Source of the DNA: Balanoglossus misakiensis
Taxonomy: Eukaryota > Animalia > Hemichordata
Length of the DNA: 64,000 nucleotides
Direction of reading: 5' to 3'
Assembly: GCA_040954595.2 (NCBI GenBank)
Contig: CM082588.2
Span: 2,874,513-2,938,512 of the forward strand
Part shown: piece by piece, positions 1-12,900 of the stretch
Layout of the letters: each line of letters begins with the position of its first letter
Position numbering within the stretch: position 1 is the stretch's first letter
Position numbers and translations under genes: made by a program
The notes under the pieces: model-generated
What the model was told of the DNA's origin: nothing
Databases searched by the model: none
The model's input: only the letters and a program-made list of their open reading frames with translations

Positions 1-1094
1 TGAACTAGAATGGACCTTTTTTTGCCACAGGTGTATATAAAAATCTATATAACATTTCACAGATAATTGCCTTTATATGTATATTTAAGAAGTTTTCATT
101 GTGGAACAAAACGTTGTACCTTGACGCTCAGGGTTCCTTTTTTTATTAAAACGAAGTGTGATTTTTAACTTTTGCGGGATACTGGACGAAGTATTTAGCA
201 TGCAGGATTTTCAAAGAAAACGCAAACATTTTGAATGCAAATTTCCTTGTATTTTTCAATCAAAATGCTCGTTATGCAGTCTTTAAGTAGATTTGATTTA
301 CTTCGAGATCAAAAACTTATTTACCTAACTTTATCATCGAGGATGTCCTTCTGCACTGCCAAAGCCAAACAGCAGATTTAAAGTTTTGCTGTTCCGCCAT
401 ACTGCCAAACTATGGAGCAAACGTATCTTTCGTACTGGCGCATGCGTCCTCAGTTGGTCATAATTTGCGCTGAGTGGGGTGGGGGGAGTTGTCCTGGGGT
501 TGATGTGGGGATTATTTATTTATTTAACTGCAAGAATTTCCTTTAAGAGACGCCTATGTAACGTATAGGTTGCGTAAAAGGGTGAGGGGATCGACTCAAA
601 TCAATTCTGGTTCGTGGAGAATAGTGATTAATATTGTTCTATTCTGAAACTTACTTTTATTTTATGCCCAGTGTATATAAACTTCATTCTTCTCGACTTC
701 TCTGCCACTACAATGTTTGGAGACCGATTTCAAGAATGTTTTTTTTTTTTATAAATGTCACACAATTACGAGATAATTATGTTATGGTGAATAAAACATT
801 GTTCTAAATGATTTGCATTAATGCACATGTATGTGTTTCCGGTTTTGTTTTGTTTTTCGACAACTTCAAACTTTTGTAAAGGCATGGGCACAAGCTGGCG
901 TTGGTGGCAGTCTGACATCACCCGGCCATTCCTCGTATTACAAAACGTGCCGTAAAGCAGAAATATGTGGCATTTACCATTGAGGTGAATTCAGTGGTTC
1001 AGTCTCCGTGAGTGCACCTGATTGCATGGTAATTGAAGAAAGTACTTTCTTCGTGTGCTTTTACAAACTGCGCATCGGTTCTCCGTTTATTTCA

Positions 1095-1214
1095 TGACGT
1101 CACTTTTCTTAGCACTATATTCGACAGTCGCTGTCTCACCCTAATCAGCATCGCACTCACCGACAAGGAATCACGCAGGATTGTATACTATCGAACGACT
1201 CCGTGCAGGTAAGA
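1095..1214 (+). promoter_or_regulatory. Possible promoter and non-coding first exon of the knottin-like gene
   Basis: Full CRE palindrome TGACGTCA at 1095-1102, a TATAT element at ~1116, an Inr-like CAGT at ~1125, and a strong splice donor CAG|GTAAGA with GT at 1209. The next good acceptor before the knottin ATG is ttttcag ending at 3311. Linking these two sites is inference. Confidence 0.35.
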
Positions 1215-3330
1215 AGAACATGCCCCAGAAAAGAGTGAATGTTTCTCTGTTTTTAAACACAACCATCATTTGGACTTAACGTTTCGTCAGCGCGATTCTT
1301 AAAGATGACCGTGAGTGCAAGCCTTCTTTGACATTGACCTTCTTGAATTGTGAAGAAAACAAGACATCTTCGTACATGTGTGGTCTCTATATACAAACGC
1401 CTTGTCGATCAGAACCAACTCGGTGTTCGTACATGTCATATGAGCTCATTTTGATGACCTCGGATGTAAATTGACTGCAGCCTATGTGTAGCCTGGGTCC
1501 TTAAAGATTTACAGATGATAGAGTCGCGCTTGTCGTTTGCATGGCTACACATCGATATTTATGATGTCATTCGGGTACAAGCATAATCGTGGGTTCGACA
1601 CCCCGTATACCTGCTCGCAGTAAGACATTAGTAGTAAATGGCCATTACATGAAAGTTAATGAAGTTATCTATTTTAAGGTGAATGCAATGTAACATTAAG
1701 TTATATATCCTAAGCGGAATGAAGAAGTCATCTTCATTACAATTTTTTCTCCAAAATCTCTCTAACTAAAACGTTAATCGTCGGAAAGATTCAAGCGCCT
1801 GTTCATTGGCCCATGGCCAAAGCAATTGCCAAGAATTTGTATTCGAAGACATGCGCTCACTGATAAGAATAAGGAAGTACATTTTGTACTCCTTATCGCA
1901 TGCTTTCTGAATGAACTAACTCGCCTTCAGTGAAGCATTTTTATAGTCACTAGGGACCGAAATGCATTAAAATTGGTTTATCCTTGTAGCAACGCTTGTA
2001 GAAAGCCCTCTGATACTCTACACAGAAACACAGCTACTATTCACCGACTGTTCTGGGGTTGAAACCGCTTTGATTCCATTATTCTTAATTGGCATATCCT
2101 GTTGCCATTTTCTGTCTATTTTAACTACTTTATGTCGTTTTCTGGTGGTAAGCTCGCAGTTAAATGTCATTTAGTACTGATTTGCAAACACCAATAGCAT
2201 CGCAGTCACCGTGGTTACCTTGTACAGCCCAATAATTTATTCTGCACTAGTGACGTCAGATTATGTCCATTTTACGTAAATTCACTCACCAACGTAAGCT
2301 TTAACTGAATTTATGCTAATATGGCAGCACCCGAAAAAGGTTAATGTTTGAGATTAGCATGGGTGTTAATGTTCGCTACCTGAAAACGCATATCATGTGC
2401 CTCGTCGACCTATAGCTTTCCGAGCACGTGTGTTTATTTTTTTTTTCCACATGATGGAAGACTAAATAAGAACATGTTACGCATAATCTAGCAATCGAGG
2501 GAGTAGACATTGGAGAGAAATGTTATTACGAATTGTCTGGTGCGTTGTTATTGGATTATTTCAAGAGACAGACAATAATACAATTGAGTTTTCCAGACAA
2601 TCGACAGAAGAAAAAAATGGTTGAAGGTGTTGGACGTAGTGAATTGAGGGTGAATGCCTGCATGTACACCATACTTGATCATTCTTTCCCATTGTTTTGG
2701 ATCGAAAATAGAGAGAGGCTAAATATAAGATACATCAAGAGTGCGTTATTTCTGGACTATGATTTGTCAAGTGGATGGGGTAGAGGCAAATTTAGCCAAA
2801 AAAACTCGTAATGTATATCAATTTTATTACTTTGAGACTCGGTGAGGCACTGTAAGAAATTCGTATCAAACGAAATGACAGTCACATGTAAATATGACTT
2901 ATGGGGGCAACCTTCAGATTTATTAGCTCAGCTAGCGTGTAAATATTATTACAACTAAATTGGATTAAACCAAATTTACGATGATTTAGCCAGCTATTTA
3001 CATGTACTATCTCGACAGGTAAAGTGTTTTACATGCGTTGTGGTTTAAGTCTAACGTTGTTGAGTATTGGTGCAATTGTGCTCGTTTAGGCAAAGGGCAG
3101 TGGCCCTAACCAGAAAAAAGTGAACATTAAAATTCAAGAGAAAGGAGAAAAATGAAACCTCACAATAATATATTTATCTGTACTAGTTTTTATCATTTTC
3201 ACAGATGGAAAAGAAGACCTAATGATTTATTTTTTTCACTGATATTTATTTGTGTTTGTCGTTCAGTGTAGGAGCCTTTTTATTGTCGTTGTACCTGACT
3301 TTTATTTTCAGGAAATCAAACTATTCCAAG

Positions 3331-3732
3331 ATGGCTCCTGGGGTCAATTGTGTGATGGTCGTGTGTTTCGTGATGTTCCTGATGATGTCGTTAGGAGAGA
3401 CTACATTCGCTGGCGGCTTGTTCGACCTTGACAACGTGGAGGGTAATCTTGGAATACACCACCGAGTGAGTCATAGTTTAACCTTGAGGTTTTGACGTAA
3501 ACACTGTACATGCTTCTGTGTATTAAAGACAGTAGAGCGAAAATGGACATGCAACCATAGACGGTCTAAGCACAACTCTCAATTTCTTTTCCAGATCCAT
3601 TGCATTCCAGAGGAAGTGGAGTGTTACCCTGAAGAGGGCGCCCTCGAGTGCTGTGAAAACACAGCTTGTTTAGATGTCGACGGCTTCCCCTGTGCCGGCT
3701 CCGAGGACTGTCGATGCCTGCCGATCCCATAA
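3331..3732 (+). CDS. Secreted cysteine-rich knottin/ICK-like prepropeptide, 90 aa, two coding exons (3331-3465, 3595-3732)
   Basis: Exon A encodes MAPGVNCVMVVCFVMFLMMSLGETTFAGGLFDLDNVEGNLGIHHR (hydrophobic signal peptide plus a pro-region ending in R), followed by a phase-0 donor GTGAGT at 3466. The acceptor ttcttttccag ends at 3594. Exon B encodes IHCIPEEVECYPEEGALECCENTACLDVDGFPCAGSEDCRCLPIP-stop, with Cys framework C-x6-C-x8-CC-x4-C-x7-C-x5-C-x-C. AATAAA follows at 3842. Confidence 0.8.
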
Positions 3733-3841
3733 GGACACAGTTCGGCAGACAACACAGCGCCACCAACATTCAAAATTACTTTATATTAAAACATTGCGTG
3801 CATATACCTGACAAGCTCAGCAACATTCTCAGTTAAGATTT

Positions 3842-3847
3842 AATAAA
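3842..3847 (+). terminator. Poly(A) signal AATAAA of the knottin-like gene
   Basis: Canonical hexamer 110 bp after the stop codon and about 115 bp before the satellite array. Confidence 0.55.
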
Positions 3848-3959
3848 ATCGCAATTTAAAGTTACAAAAATATAAGCTTACTATCCTCAAAGCTAACCCC
3901 GATGTACATATGTTTTGCACATGTACTTGACATTGGTGAAGATTATTAAAACATGGAAA

Positions 3960-6900
3960 AGTTTTGAAAATTCGCAAAGTGGAACAATTGTCATTTTTTG
4001 ATGATTTTCATGAGCTATATAACCCATGATTTTTTCGAAAAATCGGCCAAATTTTGAGATTTCGCAAAGTCGAAAAATTGTCATTTTTTGATGATTTCCT
4101 GAGCTATAACCCATGATTTTTTTCAGAAATCGGCCAAATTTTGATTTTCCGCAAAGTCGAAAAGTTGTCATTTTTTGATGATTTCCTGAGCTATAACCCA
4201 TGATTTTTTTCATAAATCGGCCTAATTTTGATTTCCCGCAAAGTCGAAAAATTGTCATTTTTTGATGATTTCCTGAGCTATAACCCATGATTTTTTTCAA
4301 AAATCGCCCAAATTTTGATTTTCCGCAAAGTCGAAAAATTGTCATTTTTTGATGATTTCCTGAGCTATAACCCATGATTTTTTTCAAAAATCGGCCTAAT
4401 TTTGATTTTCCGCAAAGTCGAAAAATTGTCATTTTTTGATGATTTCCTGAGCTATAACCCATGATTTTTATCAAAAATCGGCCTAATTTTGATTTTCCGC
4501 AAAGTCGAAAAATTGTCATTTTTTGATGATTTCCTGAGCTATAACCCATGATTTTTTTCAAAAATCGCCCAAATTTTGATTTTCCGCAAAGTCGAAAAAT
4601 TGTCATTTTTTGATGATTTCCTGAGCTATAACCCATGATTTTTTTCAAAAATCGCCCAAATTTTGATTTTCCGCAAAGTCGAAAAATTGTCATTTTTTGA
4701 TGATTTCCTGAGCTATAACCCATGATTTTTTTCAAAAATCGCCCGAATTTTGATTTTCCGCAAAGTCGAAAAATTGTCATTTTTTGATGATTTCCTGAGC
4801 TATAACCCATGATTTTTTTCAAAAATCGGCCAAATTTTGATTTTCCGCAAAGTCGAAAAATTGTCATTTTTTGATGATTTCCTGAGCTATAACCCATGAT
4901 TTTTTTCAAAAATCGGCCAAATTTTGATTTTCCGCAAAGTCGAAAAATTGTCATTTTTTTGATGATTTCCTGAGCTATAACCCATGATTTTTTTCAAAAA
5001 TCGGCCAAATTTTGATTTTCCGCAAAGTCGAAAAATTGTCATTTTTTGATGATTTCCTGAGCTATAACCCATGATTTTTTTCAAAAATCGGCCAAATTTT
5101 GATTTTCCGCAAAGTCGAAAAATTGTCATTTTTTGATGATTTCCTGAGCTATAACCCATGATTTTTTTCGAAAATCGGCCAAATTTTGATTTTCCGCAAA
5201 GTCGAAAAATTGTCATTTTTTGAATTTCCTGAGCTATAACCCATGATTTTATTCGAAAATCGCCCAAATTTTGATTTTCCGCAAAGTCGAAAAATTGTCA
5301 TTTTTTGATGATTTCCTGAGCTATAACCCATGATTTTTTTCAAAAATCGGCCAAATTTTGATTTTCCGCAAAGTCGAAAAATTGTCATTTTTTGATGATT
5401 TCCTGAGCTATAACCCATGATTTTTTTCAAAAATCGGCCAAATTTTGATTTTCCGCAAAGTCGAAAAATTGTCATTTTTTGATGATTTCCTGAGCTATAA
5501 CCCATGATTTTTTTCAAAAATCGGCCTAATTTTGATTTTCCGCAAAGTCGAAAAATTGTCATTTTTTGATGATTTCCTGAGCTATAACCCATGATTTTTT
5601 TCGAAAATCGCCCAAATTTTGATTTTCCGCAAAGTCGAAAAATTGTCATTTTTTGATGATTTCCTGAGCTATAACCCATGATTTTTTTCGAAAATCGGCC
5701 AAATTTTCACTTTCCGCAAAGTCGAAAAATTGTCATTTTTTGATGATTTCCTGAGCTATAACCCATGATTTTTTTCGAAAATCGGCCAAATTTTCACTTT
5801 CCGCAAAGTCGAAAAATTGTCATTTTTTGATGATTTCCTGAGCTATAACCCATGATTTTTTTCGAAAATCGGCCAAATTTTGATTTTCCGCAAAGTCGAA
5901 AAATTGTCATTTTTTGATGATTTCCTGAGCTATAACCCATGATTTTTTTCGAAAATCGGCCAAATTTTGATTTTCCGCAAAGTCGAAAAATTGTCATTTT
6001 TTGATGATTTCCTGAGCTATAACCCATGATTTTTTTCAAAAATCGGCCAAATTTTGATTTTCCGCAAAGTCGAAAAATTGTCATTTTTTGATGATTTCCT
6101 GAGCTATAACCCATGATTTTTTTCAAAAATCGGCCAAATTTTGATTTTCCGCAAACTCGAAAAATTGTCATTTTTTGATGATTTCCTGAGCTATAACCCA
6201 TGATTTTTTTCAAAAATCGGCCAAATTTTGATTTTCCGCAAAGTCGAAAAATTGTCATTTTTTGATGTTTTCCTGAGCTATAACCCATGATTTTTTTCAA
6301 AAATCGGCCAAATTTTGATTTTCCGCAAAGTCGAAAAATTGTCATTTTTTGATGTTTTCCTGAGCTATAACCCATGATTTTTTTCAAAAATCGCCCAAAT
6401 TTTGATTTTCCGCAAAGTCGAAAAATTGTCATTTTTTGATGATTTCCTGAGCTATAACCCATGATTTTTTTCAAAAATCGCCCAAATTTTGATTTTCCGC
6501 AAAGTCGAAAAATTGTCATTTTTTGATGATTTCCTGAGCTATAACCCATGATTTTTTTCAAAAATCGCCCAAATTTTGATTTTCCGCAAAGTCGAAAAAT
6601 TGTCATTTTTTGATGATTTCCTGAGCTATAACCCATGATTTTTTTCAAAAATCGCCCAAATTTTGATTTTCCGAAAAGTCGAAAAATTGTCATTTTTTGA
6701 TGATTTCCTGAGCTATAACCCATGATTTTTTTCAAAAATCGGCCAAATTTTGATTTTCCGCAAAGTCGAAAAATTGTCATTTTTTGATGATTTCCTGAGC
6801 TATAACCCATGATTTTTTTCAAAAATCGCCCAAATTTTGATTTTCCGCAAAGTCGAAAAATTGTCATTTTTTGATGATTTCCTGAGCTATAACCCATGAT

Positions 6901-9900
6901 TTTTTTCAAAAATCGGCCAAATTTTGATTTTCCGCAAAGTCGAAAAAGTGTCATTTTTTGATGATTTCCTGAGCTATAACCCATGATTTTTTTCAAAAAT
7001 CGCCCAAATTTTGATTTTCCGCAAAGTCGAAAAATTGTCATTTTTTGATGATTTCCTGAGCTATAACCCATGATTTTTTTCAAAAATCGCCCAAATTTTG
7101 ATTTTCCGCAAAGTCGAAAAATTGTCATTTTTTGATGATTTCCTGAGCTATAACCCATGATTTTTTTCAAAAATCGGCCAAATTTTGATTTTCCGCAAAG
7201 TCGAAAAATTGTCATTTTTTGATGATTTCCTGAGCTATAACCCATGATTTTTTTCAAAAATCGCCCAAATTTTGATTTTCCGCAAAGTCGAAAAATTGTC
7301 ATTTTTTGATGATTTCCTGAGCTATAACCCATGATTTTTTTCAAAAATCGGCCAAATTTTGTTTTTCCGCAAAGTCGAAAAATTGTCATTTTTTGATGAT
7401 TTCCTGAGCTATAACCCATGATTTTTTTCAAAAATCGGCCAAATTTTGTTTTTCCGCAAAGTCGAAAAATTGTCATTTTTTGATGATTTCCTGAGCTATA
7501 ACCCATGATTTTTTTCAAAAATCGGCCAAATTTTGATTTTCCGCAAAGTCGAAAAATTGTCATTTTTTGATGATTTCCTGAGCTATAACCCATGATTTTT
7601 TTCAAAAATCGCCCAAATTTTGATTTTCCGCAAAGTCGAAAAATTGTCATTTTTTGATGATTTCCTGAGCTATAACCCATGATTTTTTTCAAAAATCGCC
7701 CAAATTTTGATTTTCCGCAAAGTCGAAAAATTGTCATTTTTTGATGATTTCCTGAGCTATAACCCATGATTTTTTTCAAAAATCGCCCAAATTTTGATTT
7801 TCCGCAAAGTCGAAAAATTGTCATTTTTTGATGATTTCCTGAGCTATAACCCATGATTTTTTTCAAAAATCGGCCAAATTTTGATTTTCCGCAAAGTCGA
7901 AAAATTGTCATTTTTTGATGATTTCCTGAGCTATAACCCATGATTTTTTTCAAAAATCGCCCAAATTTTGATTTTCCGCAAAGTCGAAAAATTGTCATTT
8001 TTTGATGATTTCCTGAGCTATAACCCATGATTTTTTTCAAAAATCGGCCAAATTTTGATTTTCCGCAAAGTCGAAAAATTGTCATTTTTTGATGATTTCC
8101 TGAGCTATAACCCATGATTTTTTTCAAAAATCGGCCAAATTTTGATTTTCCGAAAAGTCGAAAAATTGTCATTTTTTGATGATTTCCTGAGCTATATAAC
8201 CCATGATTTTTTTCAAAAATCGGCCAAATTTTGATTTTCCGAAAAGTCGAAAAATTGTCATTTTTTGATGATTTCCTGAGCTATAACCCATGATTTTTTT
8301 CAAAAATCGGCCAAATTTTGATTTTCCGCAAAGTCGAAAAATTGTCATTTTTTGATGATTTCCTGAGCTATAACCCATGATTTTTTTCAAAAATCGGCCA
8401 AATTTTGATTTTCCGCAAAGTCGAAAAATTGTCATTTTTTGATGATTTCCTGAGCTATAACCCATGATTTTTTTCAAAAATCGGCCAAATTTTGATTTTC
8501 CGCAAAGTCGAAAAATTGTCATTTTTTGATGATTTCCTGAGCTATAACCCATGATTTTTTTCAAAAATCGCCCAAATTTTGATTTTCCGCAAAGTCGAAA
8601 AATTGTCATTTTTTGATGATTTCCTGAGCTATAACCCATGATTTTTTTCAAAAATCGCCCAAATTTTGATTTTCCGCAAAGTCGAAAAATTGTCATTTTT
8701 TGATGATTTCCTGAGCTATAACCCATGATTTTTTTCAAAAATCGCCCAAATTTTGATTTTCCGCAAAGTCGAAAAATTGTCATTTTTTGATGATTTCCTG
8801 AGCTATAACCCATGATTTTTTTCAAAAATCGGCCAAATTTTGATTTTCCGCAAAGTCGAAAAATTGTCATTTTTTGATGATTTCCTGAGCTATAACCCAT
8901 GATTTTTTTCAAAAATCGGCCAAATTTTGATTTTCCGCAAAGTCGAAAAATTGTCATTTTTTGATGATTTCCTGAGCTATAACCCATGATTTTTTTCAAA
9001 AATCGGCCAAATTTTGATTTTCCGCAAAGTCGAAAAATTGTCATTTTTTGATGATTTCCTGAGCTATAACCCATGATTTTTTTCAAAAATCGGCCAAATT
9101 TTGATTTTCCGCAAAGTCGAAAAATTGTCATTTTTTGATGATTTCCTGAGCTATAACACATGATTTTTTTCAAAAATCGCCCAAATTTTGATTTTCCGCA
9201 AAGTCGAAAAATTGTCATTTTTTGATGATTTCCTGAGCTATAACCCATGATTTTTTTTCAAAAATCGGCCAAATTTTGATTTTCCGAAAAGTCGAAAAAT
9301 TGTCATTTTTTGATGATTTCCTGAGCTATAACCCATGATTTTTTTCAAAAATCGGCCAAATTTTGATTTTCCGCAAAGTCGAAAAATTGTCATTTTTTGA
9401 TGATTTCCTGAGCTATAACCCATGATTTTTTTCAAAAATCGGCCAAATTTTGATTTTCCGCAAAGTCGAAAAATTGTCATTTTTTGATGATTTCCTGAGC
9501 TATAACACATGATTTTTTTCAAAAATCGCCCAAATTTTGATTTTCCGCAAAGTCGAAAAATTGTCATTTTTTGATGATTTCCTGAGCTATAACCCATGAT
9601 TTTTTTCAAAAATCGCCCAAATTTTGATTTTCCGCAAAGTCGAAAAATTGTCATTTTTTGATGATTTCCTGAGCTATAACCCATGATTTTTTTCAAAAAT
9701 CGCCCAAACTTTGATTTTCCGCAAAGTCGAAAAATTGTCATTTTTTGATGATTTCCTGAGCTATAACCCATGATTTTTTTCAAAAATCGCCCAAACTTTG
9801 ATTTTCCGCAAAGTCGAAAAATTGTCATTTTTTGATGATTTCCTGAGCTATAACCCATGATTTTTTTCAAAAATCGCCCAAATTTTGATTTTCCGCAAAG

Positions 9901-12900
9901 TCGAAAAATTGTCATTTTTTGATGATTTCCTGAGCTATAACCCATGATTTTTTTCAAAAATCGGCCAAATTTTGATTTTCCGCAAAGTCGAAAAATTGTC
10001 ATTTTTTGATGATTTCCTGAGCTATAACCCATGATTTTTTTCAAAAATCGCCCAAATTTTGATTTTCCGCAAAGTCGAAAAATTGTCATTTTTTGATGAT
10101 TTCCTGAGCTATAACCCATGATTTTTTTCAAAAATCGGCCAAATTTTGATTTTCCGCAAAGTCGAAAAATTGTCATTTTTTGATGATTTCCTGAGCTATA
10201 ACCCATGATTTTTTTCAAAAATCGGCCAAATTTTGATTTTCCGCAAAGTCGAAAAATTGTCATTTTTTGATGATTTCCTGAGCTATAACCCATGATTTTT
10301 TTCAAAAATCGGCCAAATTTTGATTTTCCGCAAAGTCGAAAAATTGTCATTTTTTGATGATTTCCTGAGCTATAACCCATGATTTTTTTCAAAAATCGGC
10401 CAAATTTTGATTTTCCGCAAAGTCGAAAAATTGTCATTTTTTGATGTTTTCCTGAGCTATAACCCATGATTTTTTTCAAAAATCGGCCAAATTTTGATTT
10501 TCCGCAAAGTCGAAAAATTGTCATTTTTTGATGTTTTCCTGAGCTATAACCCATGATTTTTTTCAAAAATCGGCCAAATTTTGATTTTCCGCAAAGTCGA
10601 AAAATTGTCATTTTTTGATGATTTCCTGAGCTATAACCCATGATTTTTTTCAAAAATCGGCCAAATTTTGTTTTTCCGCAAAGTCGAAAAATTGTCATTT
10701 TTTGATGATTTCCTGAGCTATAACCCATGATTTTTTTCAAAAATCGGCCAAATTTTGTTTTTCCGCAAAGTCGAAAAATTGTCATTTTTTGATGATTTCC
10801 TGAGCTATAACCCATGATTTTTTTCAAAAATCGGCCAAATTTTGATTTTCCGCAAAGTCGAAAAATTGTCATTTTTTGATGATTTCCTGAGCTATAACCC
10901 ATGATTTTTTTCAAAAATCGGCCAAATTTTGATTTTCCGCAAAGTCGAAAAATTGTCATTTTTTGATGATTTCCTGAGCTATAACCCATGATTTTTTTCA
11001 AAAATCGGCCAAATTTTGATTTTCCGCAAAGTCGAAAAATTGTCATTTTTTGATGATTTCCTGAGCTATAACCCATGATTTTTTTCAAAAATCGGCCAAA
11101 TTTTGATTTTCCGCAAAGTCGAAAAATTGTCATTTTTTGATGATTTCCTGAGCTATAACCCATGATTTTTTTCAAAAATCGGCCAAATTTTGATTTTCCG
11201 CAAAGTCGAAAAATTGTCATTTTTTGATGATTTCCTGAGCTATAACCCATGATTTTTTTCAAAAATCGGCCAAATTTTGATTTTCCGCAAAGTCGAAAAA
11301 TTGTCATTTTTTGATGATTTCCTGAGCTATAACCCATGATTTTTTTCAAAAATCGGCCAAATTTTGATTTTCCGCAAAGTCGAAAAATTGTCATTTTTTG
11401 ATGATTTCCTGAGCTATAACCCATGATTTTTTTCAAAAATCGGCCAAATTTTGATTTTCCGAAAAGTCGAAAAATTGTCATTTTTTGATGATTTCCTGAG
11501 CTATATAACCCATGATTTTTTTCAAAAATCGGCCAAATTTTGATTTTCCGAAAAGTCGAAAAATTGTCATTTTTTGATGATTTCCTGAGCTATAACCCAT
11601 GATTTTTTTCAAAAATCGGCCAAATTTTGATTTTCCGCAAAGTCGAAAAATTGTCATTTTTTGATGATTTCCTGAGCTATAACCCATGATTTTTTTCAAA
11701 AATCGGCCAAATTTTGTTTTTCCGCAAAGTCGAAAAATTGTCATTTTTTGATGATTTCCTGAGCTATAACCCATGATTTTTTTCAAAAATCGGCCAAATT
11801 TTGTTTTTCCGCAAAGTCGAAAAATTGTCATTTTTTGATGATTTCCTGAGCTATAACCCATGATTTTTTTCAAAAATCGGCCAAATTTTGATTTTCCGCA
11901 AAGTCGAAAAATTGTCATTTTTTGATGATTTCCTGAGCTATAACCCATGATTTTTTTCAAAAATCGGCCAAATTTTGATTTTCCGCAAAGTCGAAAAATT
12001 GTCATTTTTTGATGATTTCCTGAGCTATAACCCATGATTTTTTTCAAAAATCGGCCAAATTTTGATTTTCCGCAAAGTCGAAAAATTGTCATTTTTTGAT
12101 GATTTCCTGAGCTATAACCCATGATTTTTTTCAAAAATCGGCCAAATTTTGATTTTCCGCAAAGTCGAAAAATTGTCATTTTTTGATGATTTCCTGAGCT
12201 ATAACCCATGATTTTTTTCAAAAATCGGCCAAATTTTGATTTTCCGCAAAGTCGAAAAATTGTCATTTTTTGATGATTTCCTGAGCTATAACCCATGATT
12301 TTTTTCAAAAATCGCCCAAATTTTGATTTTCCGCAAAGTCGAAAAATTGTCATTTTTTGATGATTTCCTGAGCTATAACCCATGATTTTTTTCAAAAATC
12401 GGCCAAATTTTGATTTTCCGCAAAGTCGAAAAATTGTCATTTTTTGATGATTTCCTGAGCTATAACCCATGATTTTTTTCAAAAATCGGCCAAATTTTGA
12501 TTTTCCGAAAAGTCGAAAAATTGTCATTTTTTGATGATTTCCTGAGCTATATAACCCATGATTTTTTTCAAAAATCGGCCAAATTTTGATTTTCCGAAAA
12601 GTCGAAAAATTGTCATTTTTTGATGATTTCCTGAGCTATAACCCATGATTTTTTTCAAAAATCGGCCAAATTTTGATTTTCCGCAAAGTCGAAAAATTGT
12701 CATTTTTTGATGATTTCCTGAGCTATAACCCATGATTTTTTTCAAAAATCGGCCAAATTTTGATTTTCCGCAAAGTCGAAAAATTGTCATTTTTTGATGT
12801 TTTCCTGAGCTATAACCCATGATTTTTTTCAAAAATCGCCCAAATTTTGATTTTCCGCAAAGTCGAAAAATTGTCATTTTTTGATGATTTCCTGAGCTAT

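Noticed and set aside
2533-2811. 92-aa ORF upstream of the knottin gene
   Set aside because: It has a non-ATG start, no recognisable features, and probably lies in an intron or intergenic DNA.
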